Source: an uncultured bacterium (GTDB lineage Bacteria > Babelota > Babeliae > Babelales > Vermiphilaceae). Taken from it: a stretch of 64,000 nucleotides of DNA. Within the stretch, counting starts at the first letter, position 1, and every line of letters begins with the position of its first letter. Positions 28,209 through 37,305 of the stretch are shown piece by piece. A program made the translations under genes and the position numbers. Location of the stretch: assembly GCA_963702025.1 (NCBI GenBank), contig OY969699.1, positions 736,001 to 800,000 on the forward strand, read 5' to 3'. The notes beneath the pieces were generated by a model. It made no database searches, was not told the origin of the DNA, and saw only the letters and a program-made list of their open reading frames with translations.

Positions 28209-29645
28209 TTACTTTAAAACACGCTTGAGCAATTCTTGTTTATCTTTGATGCCTTCATCAATTTGTATCTCGTATGCTTTTTTAAGTAATTTACCCATTT
28301 CCGGTCCCGGTTTAACAATACCCATGAGATCACGGCCAAGCAGCAATGGTTCCACGGGTTTATAAACAACCTGCGCAGTCTTGGCATTTCTTAAGAAGGC
28401 AGTGATATCGGGTATGTTTTTAGTGAGCGGTTCCTGCCCACGCCCGTTTCGGCCACGTTTATCAGCAAGCGCAACTTTTGCTAACAATTCAATGGTAATA
28501 TCTGGTGCTAGTTTATTAGCAAGCCGTCTATATGCCGGTTGCTTTGCACCATTTGCAATAAACTGTCCGGGCGCCATATGATAGCGCACCAACTTAGCTA
28601 CTGCATCTATTAAATCTTTGCGTCGCGTAATGCGTTTAAGCATTTTTTTAGCGAGTGGCACACCCGTTTCTTCATGTCCATAGCTCACAATCTCGCCCTT
28701 AACTTTTTTGGTGGTATTTACCTTGCCAAGATCATGGCACAAAATTGCATAAAGAGCGGTTAATTTTTGAGCAGAATCAACATATTTTAGCTGAGCGGCC
28801 GCATCAAGCGCTTGCATGGTATGTTCAAACACATCCCCTTCAGGATGCCAAGAAGGATTTTGTTTAACGCCAATAGTATCAGCAAGCTCAGGGAGTATTT
28901 CTTTGAGACGACCAATCTTACGCAGCCAGCGAATACCCAATGATGGCCGCACTGATCTGAGCAGTAATTTATCAAATTCACCTTCAATCCGCTCAACGGA
29001 AATATCTTTTAAACTCATCGTGCGACAAATGGTATTTAATTGGGCACTCGGCTTCATTCCAAAACGGCCAAGAAATTGCATTACCCGGAAAAGCCGTAAG
29101 GGATCCTGGGTGAAAAGATGCGCATCGGGCGCGCGCAGAATCCCTTTTTTTAAATCAGAATACCCGTGCCATGGATCAATTAATTCTTTGGTAAGCAAAT
29201 CAATTCCCATCGCATTAATGGTAAGGTCGCGCCGTTTGAAAGCGTCAGCAAAAGTCATATTTGGATCGATAATAACTTTCGGGTGTCTTCCGCTGCTATC
29301 TTTGCGCGGCATAGACCAATCCGCACTTGTCCGCCGAAGCCCTTTTTGAGCGTAGGCCGGATCGAGCCCATGAAGACGCAATACCCCAAAGGATTTACCC
29401 ACAAGGCTCACCGGACCAAACGATGCGAGGATTTTTTGCAACTGCTCTAGCGATAAACCATGGACCTCGATATCAATATCTTTTATGGGAACATTCATCA
29501 AAAGATCGCGAACCGCCCCACCAACTAGCAATGCTCTGCCGCCCGCTTGATCAATTTTGGTAACAATTTTTGCAATAATCGGATTTTGTTTAAAAATTTT
29601 CTTAAAATGACTTTCAACTTTTGCATTTATTTTTGTAAACTTCAT
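28209..29645 (-). CDS. cca: CCA tRNA nucleotidyltransferase with HD domain
   Basis: VGGAVRD, DIDIE, RRDLTINA, DPLR, ER, WHPEGDVFEH, HDLGK. Confidence 0.93.
   Translation of the reverse strand: MKFTKINAKVESHFKKIFKQNPIIAKIVTKIDQAGGRALLVGGAVRDLLMNVPIKDIDIEVHGLSLEQLQKILASFGPVSLVGKSFGVLRLHGLDPAYAQKGLRRTSADWSMPRKDSSGRHPKVIIDPNMTFADAFKRRDLTINAMGIDLLTKELIDPWHGYSDLKKGILRAPDAHLFTQDPLRLFRVMQFLGRFGMKPSAQLNTICRTMSLKDISVERIEGEFDKLLLRSVRPSLGIRWLRKIGRLKEILPELADTIGVKQNPSWHPEGDVFEHTMQALDAAAQLKYVDSAQKLTALYAILCHDLGKVNTTKKVKGEIVSYGHEETGVPLAKKMLKRITRRKDLIDAVAKLVRYHMAPGQFIANGAKQPAYRRLANKLAPDITIELLAKVALADKRGRNGRGQEPLTKNIPDITAFLRNAKTAQVVYKPVEPLLLGRDLMGIVKPGPEMGKLLKKAYEIQIDEGIKDKQELLKRVLK
29325..29360. repeat. 36-bp short palindromic element in frame inside cca
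   Basis: Minus strand CCGGCCTACGCTCAAAAAGGGCTTCGGCGGACAAGT resembles intergenic CCAGCCTTCGCTAAAGCTACGGCGGACAGG at 48189. Confidence 0.75.
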
Positions 29646-29673
29646 ATACCACATCTAAAAAAAAGGAATTTTT

Positions 29674-30597
29674 ATGAACAATTTTCTTAAACATCTTCTT
29701 ATTTGTACCATTCTTGCAACTCACGGCACAATGTCTGCCTTTTCATTCAAAAAAATATACAGTTATGTAATGCCTAATAAAATACCACAAGAAATCGTCT
29801 ATGAAGAATATCCGGCAAAAAAAGTCACAAAATTAACGGTAAAAAATAAAAATGGCAATATTACCCTTAAAACGGACGCAACCCAAAGTGCCATTCTTTT
29901 AAAGGGAATAAAGAAAGCTCTGGAAGAAGAACAATTGGGACAATTTAAGATTACTCAAAAAATTGTCGCCCAAGAAATGATCATTGAGATTGCTTATGAT
30001 GAAAGTATCGACGGTTCGGTTGATTTGGAAATTATTGCCCCTAAAACAGTGGCCTTAGATATCTGCACTATTGAGGGATCAATTTTTATTAAAGAACCAC
30101 ACAAACAAGTTTATGCTTGCACACAAAAAGGACCAATAGAAATTGTTAACCCTCTCAGTTCCATCGATGCTGTCACTCAAAATAAAGGAACCATCACTAT
30201 CTATAAACCCCAGGATCAAGTTAAAGCACAAACTAATCAAGGCAATATTGTTATTCATGACGCGCAAAGCACTGTTTTTGCTAATTCCACCTACGGCAAT
30301 GTGCAACTCTTTGCCAAAGAGGTCCCTTCAACCAGCATGATAAAACTAACTTCAGTGAGTGGCTCCATTTCTGTGCACTTGCCATCGGATGTTAATGCTG
30401 ATGTTCAAGCATCAACAAAGCATGGCACCATATTCTCCGATCATTTTATTACACTCAAACCGCAAACCACACAGCTCAACAAATACACCTGGAAACGGTT
30501 ACAACAGCACATCGACGGCACACTAGGAACCGGCGAAGCACAAATAAAACTCAGTTCCGTGCGCAGTGATATTAAATTGTTGGAATTAAAAGCGTAG
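29674..30597 (+). CDS. DUF4097 family beta-strand repeat (adhesin-like) protein
   Basis: Signal peptide; repeated xTxxGxI motifs; GTLGTGEAQIKLSS end. Confidence 0.8.
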   Translation: MNNFLKHLLICTILATHGTMSAFSFKKIYSYVMPNKIPQEIVYEEYPAKKVTKLTVKNKNGNITLKTDATQSAILLKGIKKALEEEQLGQFKITQKIVAQEMIIEIAYDESIDGSVDLEIIAPKTVALDICTIEGSIFIKEPHKQVYACTQKGPIEIVNPLSSIDAVTQNKGTITIYKPQDQVKAQTNQGNIVIHDAQSTVFANSTYGNVQLFAKEVPSTSMIKLTSVSGSISVHLPSDVNADVQASTKHGTIFSDHFITLKPQTTQLNKYTWKRLQQHIDGTLGTGEAQIKLSSVRSDIKLLELKA

Positions 30598-30645
30598 CAA
30601 CCTTCGCAACGTGCTTGCAAGTTTTATGTTCTATCTTATTAAGCG

Positions 30646-30882
30646 GCCCTTCGACCCAGCCGTCGCTCTTCGAGCTATGGCGGGCAGGCTGGGCGTTTAC
30701 TCCTGAGCTTGCCGAAGGGACAGGATAAACTCCGCAATTTTTACGGAAATATCCAGAACTGGCGATAGCCAGGCGTCCTTCGATACGAAAACTGCGTTTT
30801 CTACTCAGGATGAGCGGAAGGACGCGTTTACTCCCGAGCAAAGTCGAGGGGTTGCCGAGCCGGAAGGCCCGGATAAGCGAAG
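30646..30882. repeat. Cluster of palindromic repeats next to tRNA-Ala 3' end
   Basis: CCCTTCGACCCAGCC...GGCTGGGCGTTTACTCCTGA (also at 48183) and CCTTCGATAC...CTCAGGATGAGCGGAAGG units. Confidence 0.8.
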
Positions 30883-30884
30883 AC

Positions 30885-30960
30885 TGGTGGAGCTGACCGG
30901 GGTCGAACCGGTGGCCTCATGAATGCCATCCATGCGCTCTACCAACTGAGCTACAGCCCC
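30885..30960 (-). tRNA. tRNA-Ala(GGC)
   Basis: GGGGCTGTAGCTCAGTTGGTAGAGCG...AT-GGC-AT...GGTTCGACCCC...CTCCACCA, 76 nt with encoded CCA. Confidence 0.97.
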
Positions 30961-31226
30961 ACAAAATTATTCTGAATTTAAAAAGAGAAGTATGCTCTCA
31001 ATTTTAACGTTACTGTTTCAAAAATCAACATAAAACTGGATTAAGTCCATGCTTCGCAGCTACAAAGAGCAAGCACACGAATGCTGCCTGTCCTACGAAG
31101 CTTTAGCGAAGTAGGAAGCTACAGCCCCACAAAAATTTGCTACTCAAAAAAAATGGAAAGGATATACTCATTGTATCTGCATTAAGACAAAAATCAATCC
31201 GTTTTATAAAAGCAATAAGGGCTCGT

Positions 31227-33005
31227 ATGCGCGCAATCAGTTATAAGATTCTATTAATTGCAACTATGTTGAGTACTTCTATTACCGATGCAACCACCAT
31301 ATCTATACAACCGGTGGATGAAACCACCAGAATTATTGACATTACCATACCCATTGCTCCCAATGATGTTTTTTACAGTGAATATCTTGATGTTGGCATT
31401 GATAATCCCGCCATTGATCTCTTTTCTATAGATATTGAAACACCATCAATCAGACAATTCGATGCGGATTTAAAAACCTATAAAACCGTTTTTGATAAGC
31501 CGGTACACATGATCCTGCAGATACGCAGTGATGATTTTTCTCAATTGAAAAATGCCAAACTTTTTGTGTCATATTTTCCAAAATCACACAAACAGTTAGT
31601 GGAAGAAGTTATCCCACTCGATAAAGACTATTTCGAAACAAAAAATGCACGGCTTTCATTAGGACAATATCCAAAATCAGAATCCGAGCAAAAAGAAACA
31701 CCCTCTGCCAAAAGTGATACCACAGATTCGGGCAAAGAATCCGCCACCGATGGATCATGGTTCTCGTGGCTCACCAATACCATTACCGCTAATAATTCGC
31801 TCACCGTACGCATGCTACTAGTTTTTTTGCTCGGCCTTTTAATGAGCCTTACCCCCTGCATTTATCCCATGATTCCCATCACCGCCGGCATTTTACAATC
31901 ACAAGCAACCAAATCAATTTTTATCAGTTTTTTACTCGCACTCAGTTACACCGTCGGCATTGCAACAACATTTGCAATTCTTGGGTTACTTGCCGCTTTT
32001 GCCGGCCAAGCAATGGGCAATTTAATGTATCAACCGGCATTTATACTACCGTTGGTTGCCTTATTATTCTATCTATCCCTTGCTATGATCGGTGTGTTCG
32101 ATTTATATATTCCCCGCTTCTTACAACCGCGTGATCATCAAGTTACGGGTGGATCTTTTATTTCTGCCTTTGCATTTGGCGCCGTGAGCGGCATCGTGGC
32201 ATCGCCATGCCTTTCTCCGGGACTTGTATGTTTGTTATGTTTAGTTACCACGTTGGGAAGCAAACTGATCGGCTTTCTTCTTCTCTTTTCGTTCGGTATA
32301 GGTCTTGGCATTCCTCTCTTGATTATCGGAACATTTTCAAGTTCACTTTCATTACTCCCGCAAGCGGGAATGTGGATGGTGGAAGTAAAAAAAATATTCG
32401 GCTTTTTTATGATGGGCATGTGTTTTTATTTCCTTGATCCGATTTTGCCCTCATTTGCCAAAATGATATTAATCCCGCTCTTTATAGCCGCAATCGGCAT
32501 TTATTATATTTTCTATGGTATTAAAACTCATTCCCGCACACTGCGGCTCATAAGTATGGCGCTTGGTTTGCTCTTACTCATCGCCGCTGGATTTATTGCT
32601 GCCAAATCATATTTAGAGGGGCAAAATACCCAAGAACAAAAAGAAACATTCTGGAAATCGAATTATCAAGATGCCCTTAAAGAAGCACAAAGTTCTGGTA
32701 AAAAGATATTTCTTGATATCAGCGCACCATTTTGCTCAATATGCAAAGCAATTGAAAAAAGCATATTTGCCGATGATCGCGTAAAAAATGCATTGACCGC
32801 CATTGCGATACCGATAAAGATTGATGGTTCTGCTACCCAAAATGCGTCCGTTATGAAACAATTTAATGTCCTTGGTTTCCCCACGATCTTATTAATTAAC
32901 CCTGAAACGCAGACCATTATTAAACAATGGGGACCGGAACTGTATGACAAACCATTTGAACAATTTATTAACGAGCTTGAATCCGTTGCAACCAGCAAAG
33001 GTTAA
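31227..33005 (+). CDS. dsbD: Thiol:disulfide interchange protein DsbD-like
   Basis: LTPCIYPMIPI, SPC, LPQAGMWM, C-terminal thioredoxin CSIC; start uncertain. Confidence 0.9.
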   Translation: MRAISYKILLIATMLSTSITDATTISIQPVDETTRIIDITIPIAPNDVFYSEYLDVGIDNPAIDLFSIDIETPSIRQFDADLKTYKTVFDKPVHMILQIRSDDFSQLKNAKLFVSYFPKSHKQLVEEVIPLDKDYFETKNARLSLGQYPKSESEQKETPSAKSDTTDSGKESATDGSWFSWLTNTITANNSLTVRMLLVFLLGLLMSLTPCIYPMIPITAGILQSQATKSIFISFLLALSYTVGIATTFAILGLLAAFAGQAMGNLMYQPAFILPLVALLFYLSLAMIGVFDLYIPRFLQPRDHQVTGGSFISAFAFGAVSGIVASPCLSPGLVCLLCLVTTLGSKLIGFLLLFSFGIGLGIPLLIIGTFSSSLSLLPQAGMWMVEVKKIFGFFMMGMCFYFLDPILPSFAKMILIPLFIAAIGIYYIFYGIKTHSRTLRLISMALGLLLLIAAGFIAAKSYLEGQNTQEQKETFWKSNYQDALKEAQSSGKKIFLDISAPFCSICKAIEKSIFADDRVKNALTAIAIPIKIDGSATQNASVMKQFNVLGFPTILLINPETQTIIKQWGPELYDKPFEQFINELESVATSKG

Positions 33006-33008
33006 ACA

Positions 33009-34382
33009 ATGGTTTTATGGCTCCTGAGTTTTGCATTATTGCTAATGGGTCATTTGAGCTTTTCAGTTGAATGGACCAATTGGGGAAACACCCAACACTG
33101 CTCACCCGAAAAAATAGTGTACCCTAAAACGCTGGAAGATGTGCAAGAAATCATTCGGGATGCTGCCAAAAACAAAATACCACTTAAAGCAATAGGATCA
33201 GGCCATTCCTGGAGTGATTTAGTATGCACATCCGGTTATTTAATCAATACTGATTCGCTTAATAAAGTTATCTGGATCGACACACAAAAATACAGAATAA
33301 AGGTTCAGGCGGGAATAAAATTAAAAGCGCTCATTAAAGAGCTGGCAAAAAACGGCCTCACTCTTGGCAATCAAGGTTTTATTACCGAACAGAGTATTGC
33401 CGGGGCTATTGCTACCGCAACACATGGAACCGGCAAAGCATATAGCCTTTCTGATTATATTATCGGCATGGAGATTATTGATAATAACGGCAATCTTTAT
33501 GAAATTTCTGACACTATTCATAGTGAGTGGCTCCCTTATACTCGTGTTGCATTAGGAGCTTTAGGGTTTGTGTACACGGTGACTATTCAGTGTGAACCGT
33601 TATACAACGTAAAGCATAGCCGTAAACTCCACGATTTAAATCAAACAGTAGAGCAGTATAGCCATTTATATGATGCCCATGACTTTTTTATGTTCATGTA
33701 TAAACCACATGGCCCGGACGCACTTGTTTTTACCTGGGATCGCACAACTGAGCCGGTAAACACCTACTACACCAACTATATACTCAACGATCTTCTATTT
33801 CACAAATTCCTTAATTATGCAGCAATCACTATGTTATCGCGCTATAAAACAGTGTCATCAGCATGCCTGGAGCTTGGATTATCGGGATTGCAGATGAGCG
33901 AACATGTGGAATACGCACACATCAGTTTATCACCCATCAAAACACCATTGGGCGTACAATGGTACATTGAAGAAGAAATCGCCATACCATTTGAGGAATT
34001 TCCTAACGCCTTTCAAAAAGTGAATGAATTATATACTCGATATGATCCCTTGGGCACAGAGCTTATTAGCATGGTAACCTGCCGATTTGGTCCATCAACA
34101 CAAAGTTCTTTCCTCAATCCATGTTTTGGTAGAAAAACAGCGTATATTACTATTAATATTATGAATTATTTTGATAATTATGAGCAATTTTTTAAAGATT
34201 TTGAAGCTCTCATGGAGCCGTATCACGGACGCCCACACTGGGGAAAGTTTCATTATTTAGATAAATCCAAAATTGAAAAACTTTATGGCATGCAAACTAT
34301 TGCAAAATTTAACCAACTAAGGTCTATACTTGATCCATATAATCTTTGGACAAATTATTTTGTACAACGATGCTTAATGTAA
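33009..34382 (+). CDS. FAD-linked aldonolactone oxidase family protein (ALO/GULO-like)
   Basis: WTNW, GSGHSWS, TATHGTG, GRPHWGK; N-terminal signal-like segment. Confidence 0.88.
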   Translation: MVLWLLSFALLLMGHLSFSVEWTNWGNTQHCSPEKIVYPKTLEDVQEIIRDAAKNKIPLKAIGSGHSWSDLVCTSGYLINTDSLNKVIWIDTQKYRIKVQAGIKLKALIKELAKNGLTLGNQGFITEQSIAGAIATATHGTGKAYSLSDYIIGMEIIDNNGNLYEISDTIHSEWLPYTRVALGALGFVYTVTIQCEPLYNVKHSRKLHDLNQTVEQYSHLYDAHDFFMFMYKPHGPDALVFTWDRTTEPVNTYYTNYILNDLLFHKFLNYAAITMLSRYKTVSSACLELGLSGLQMSEHVEYAHISLSPIKTPLGVQWYIEEEIAIPFEEFPNAFQKVNELYTRYDPLGTELISMVTCRFGPSTQSSFLNPCFGRKTAYITINIMNYFDNYEQFFKDFEALMEPYHGRPHWGKFHYLDKSKIEKLYGMQTIAKFNQLRSILDPYNLWTNYFVQRCLM

Positions 34383-34407
34383 CAATAATTTTTTGCATAG
34401 GACAGCT

Positions 34408-34905
34408 ATGAAAATAATCACAGCGATCGTCGGCAGTATTTTACTTTCTGCCACCTCTTGCCAAAATATGGAAATTACAGAAGAAAAAAAATTAACAAAA
34501 CAACAATTAGCATACTTCATCAAAACAAATCACAATGTTAATGCGGTACCCAATAAGCCAATCAGTATTCACGAAGAGATTATGAACTATCAAATTGACT
34601 GGCGTGAAAAAGCAGAACTAAGTCTTTTAGAACGGAACTCCGAGGAATTTCTCAAAGCACTCAGTCATATCAACTCCGTCAATTTGCGCACATGTCTTAT
34701 TAACGCATACAACACGCTGGCACAGCCGCCAAATAAAAAATCCCACATAATCGTGGGATACCCCTACGGTCAAAATAAAACTTCTAAAAACAAAAAGGTG
34801 CATATAATTGTCGGTGAGCATACTTACGGTGGAGATAAGGGTTCAAAAATAATCTATACGCAGCAGTTAATTAATAAAAAGAAATATAAGCCCACTACTG
34901 AATAG
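34408..34905 (+). CDS. Hypothetical secreted protein
   Basis: Signal peptide then ME; internal repeat KKxHIIVG. Confidence 0.6.
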   Translation: MKIITAIVGSILLSATSCQNMEITEEKKLTKQQLAYFIKTNHNVNAVPNKPISIHEEIMNYQIDWREKAELSLLERNSEEFLKALSHINSVNLRTCLINAYNTLAQPPNKKSHIIVGYPYGQNKTSKNKKVHIIVGEHTYGGDKGSKIIYTQQLINKKKYKPTTE

Positions 34906-34975
34906 CACACCAGTTCTTTTTTTGTGCAGTTTGTTTAGCTAATTCTTCTTCTTTCAAAGAGCTTTTTCCCGCTTT
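34895..34975 (-). pseudogene. Orphan 3' gene remnant ending in CaaX (KKNWCAIQ*)
   Basis: Manual translation AGKSSLKEEELAKQTAQKKNWCAIQ*, no start codon after the hpf stop. Confidence 0.4.
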
Positions 34976-34976
34976 T

Positions 34977-35321
34977 TTATCGTTGTTTTTTAAAATCTTC
35001 ATGCCTGCCGACCATTTTACGATCTTCAACACGCTTATCTTTCATTTTTCTCAGTTGTAAATACATACCGTCAATCACATCATCGAGCACCTGATAAATC
35101 TCAGTACCCTCTTTATGGACATCCAAAGCATAATTGGGTGATTTCAATACAAAATCAACTTCATGATGCGCATGGGTGTGGCCGGGCTTTATAAAAATTT
35201 CTAGATAAATCGGAGAGCGTTCGTGCTGTAAAAAATGAGTAATTTTTGCAAGCTGTTCATTAATATATTTCTCCATTACCGCAGAGGAATCACAATTCTT
35301 AAACGTAATTTGAATATTCAT
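34977..35321 (-). CDS. hpf: Ribosome hibernation factor HPF/RaiA
   Basis: MNIQITFKN...IYQVLDDVID...QLRKMKDK; GGAG RBS. Confidence 0.85.
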   Translation of the reverse strand: MNIQITFKNCDSSAVMEKYINEQLAKITHFLQHERSPIYLEIFIKPGHTHAHHEVDFVLKSPNYALDVHKEGTEIYQVLDDVIDGMYLQLRKMKDKRVEDRKMVGRHEDFKKQR

Positions 35322-35389
35322 GGAATCTCCTAATATTTGTACTATCTTCCCAAATTGTACATGAATTCGGCCCACAAGGGAATTCTGTG

Positions 35390-35869
35390 CTAGCTCTTTG
35401 CAATACTCGCATTAATCGATTCAAATTTTTTCATAAGATTATGCCGGAGTACTTTATTATGCATTTTACTAAGCACCAATTGTTGTACCGGTTCATTGAC
35501 AATAAAGACTAATTCCGCACTCGTTGCGGGTACCATTTCCGTTGCCCATGCTAGCTCAGTACCAGTATCATCAATATCATCTTGTATAAAAGCAAGACGA
35601 GCTACTACCGCTTTAAAATAACGAGAATATACTTTTGAGCGTGGGTCTTGTGGATTTTTTTGATAAAATTCTTTTACCTTATCTCCCAAGCTGTCTAAAA
35701 GATCGGGTGCATGTTTTATATAAAGTAAATCAAAATTTTTAATCTCACAAACATCTTTTTCCTCAGTTATTCCGGCAATAAAAGGATTAATACTCATCGG
35801 CTCAGGATTTATAGGAGCGTGTTGATTTGCAAGGAGAAAACTGCCCAAGCAAAGCGATAAAAACTGCAT
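35390..35869 (-). CDS. Hypothetical protein
   Basis: 159 aa ORF, GAGG RBS. Confidence 0.65.
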   Translation of the reverse strand: MQFLSLCLGSFLLANQHAPINPEPMSINPFIAGITEEKDVCEIKNFDLLYIKHAPDLLDSLGDKVKEFYQKNPQDPRSKVYSRYFKAVVARLAFIQDDIDDTGTELAWATEMVPATSAELVFIVNEPVQQLVLSKMHNKVLRHNLMKKFESINASIAKS

Positions 35870-36028
35870 TCTAGCCTCTTTTTTTGAATTAACGGACCTT
35901 TTTAACAGGTCAAGTATAGCAAGTTTAGCTATAGATTACTCCATACTATTGCTTTTTTAATACAATATCTACTAAATTTATATTAGTAATTAATTCTATG
36001 AGTATTTTATTATTTGAGGAGCATTCTT

Positions 36029-36673
36029 ATGAATAGTAATAGAAAAATCACATATACTGCGTTACAAAATCTAGTTAGATTCTCAACTCTCATTCTTTTA
36101 TTTTCTCTAAATTCTCTCGCAATGGAAACAACTATAGAAAATGTTGAAGGGGAAAGGATAAAAACTACAAGGACAACAGTTAAGGACTTTAAGCCCAGAG
36201 AATTCCAATTTTTGTCTGCTGATACCCAAGAAGCAGGCACAATGTGGTTACGTGTTAATAATAAAACACATAGTCCATACTTCATAGAAACTTTGGGTGG
36301 CGATTCTTATGCAACAATACCGCCAAGAAGTGAAATATTCATTGAGACACCAATTCCTATTATACCGGCACGATTAACCGGTTTTCCTGATTATGTAAGA
36401 ACAACATCATTATTAGTAAAAAATAAAGACAAGACTAATCTCTTGCTATTGAAAGCTAGTAGAGATGGCCAAAATGGTACTTTTGGTGCGATACTTTCTT
36501 TTCGACAAGTATATTGGCTTTATTATTTTTCGAGTCCATATAATAAAGCTCCCCAACAAGAGATCATTCGATTCGATCCAACAAAGGGGAAAGACTCTTG
36601 GGTAATCCAACTTACTCTTAAAGGCGAAAATCTTGTTGATTCAAAAATTGAAATACTATCCATTCAAAAATAA
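36029..36673 (+). CDS. Hypothetical secreted protein
   Basis: GAGGAG RBS; signal SLA-ME. Confidence 0.7.
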   Translation: MNSNRKITYTALQNLVRFSTLILLFSLNSLAMETTIENVEGERIKTTRTTVKDFKPREFQFLSADTQEAGTMWLRVNNKTHSPYFIETLGGDSYATIPPRSEIFIETPIPIIPARLTGFPDYVRTTSLLVKNKDKTNLLLLKASRDGQNGTFGAILSFRQVYWLYYFSSPYNKAPQQEIIRFDPTKGKDSWVIQLTLKGENLVDSKIEILSIQK

Positions 36674-37305
36674 CTCTGCCTATTACGGCAAGCGCATTAT
36701 TCGTTGTTGGTTCAGCATTTGCACCCCAAAAGATCATAAGGGATTACCCGCCAACAATATCTCCTGAAGCTACTGGTTTGATATCTGCTGCAAGAGCTGG
36801 CGACCTTGCAAAAGTACGATCACTTCTCGCTCAAGGGAAAGTTACGGTTCATACAACCGGGCCATTAAAAGTTACCGCACTTGCTGCAGCGATACCATCA
36901 GGAAATGTAAATTTGGTACAATTTCTTGTTAGTCAAGGTTCTGATGTAAATGTAAACATTGCCGGAACCACGCCATTATCACGTGCAATTAATGCACGTA
37001 GTGTTGAGATGGTAAAAATACTGCTCAATGCGGGAGCAAATCCGAACTTTATTGGCAAGGGCCAGCAGCCACTGTTACATTTAGCCATTATACAGGGAAA
37101 ACCCGAGATCGTTGCCTTGTTACTTGAGCATGGCGCTAGTCTCAAACAAAAAAATGATCTTGGTGAAACACTTTTAGCTTATGCACAAAGGCTTGTTGAA
37201 GAAGGCAATAAAGAAATCAAGCCCATACTTGACCTCTTAACAAAATGGCTTTTAGAAAGCCAGAAAAAATATGTAAAATCATGGCAAGAGAAAATTAACT
37301 ATTAA
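36670..37305 (+). CDS. Ankyrin repeat protein; signal peptide present but lacking ATG
   Basis: Ankyrins GTTPL, GANPN, PLLHLA; frame open upstream of TTG 36778 through ITLPITASALFVVGSAFA. Confidence 0.75.
   Translation: MTLPITASALFVVGSAFAPQKIIRDYPPTISPEATGLISAARAGDLAKVRSLLAQGKVTVHTTGPLKVTALAAAIPSGNVNLVQFLVSQGSDVNVNIAGTTPLSRAINARSVEMVKILLNAGANPNFIGKGQQPLLHLAIIQGKPEIVALLLEHGASLKQKNDLGETLLAYAQRLVEEGNKEIKPILDLLTKWLLESQKKYVKSWQEKINY

Noticed and set aside
27962..28365. ORFs 27962-28171 and 28120-28365
   Set aside because: Translations of the palindromic element and antisense of cca
30572..30841. 89-aa minus-strand ORF
   Set aside because: Made of repeat-derived sequence; the similar peptide at 40510-40773 comes from the same repeat
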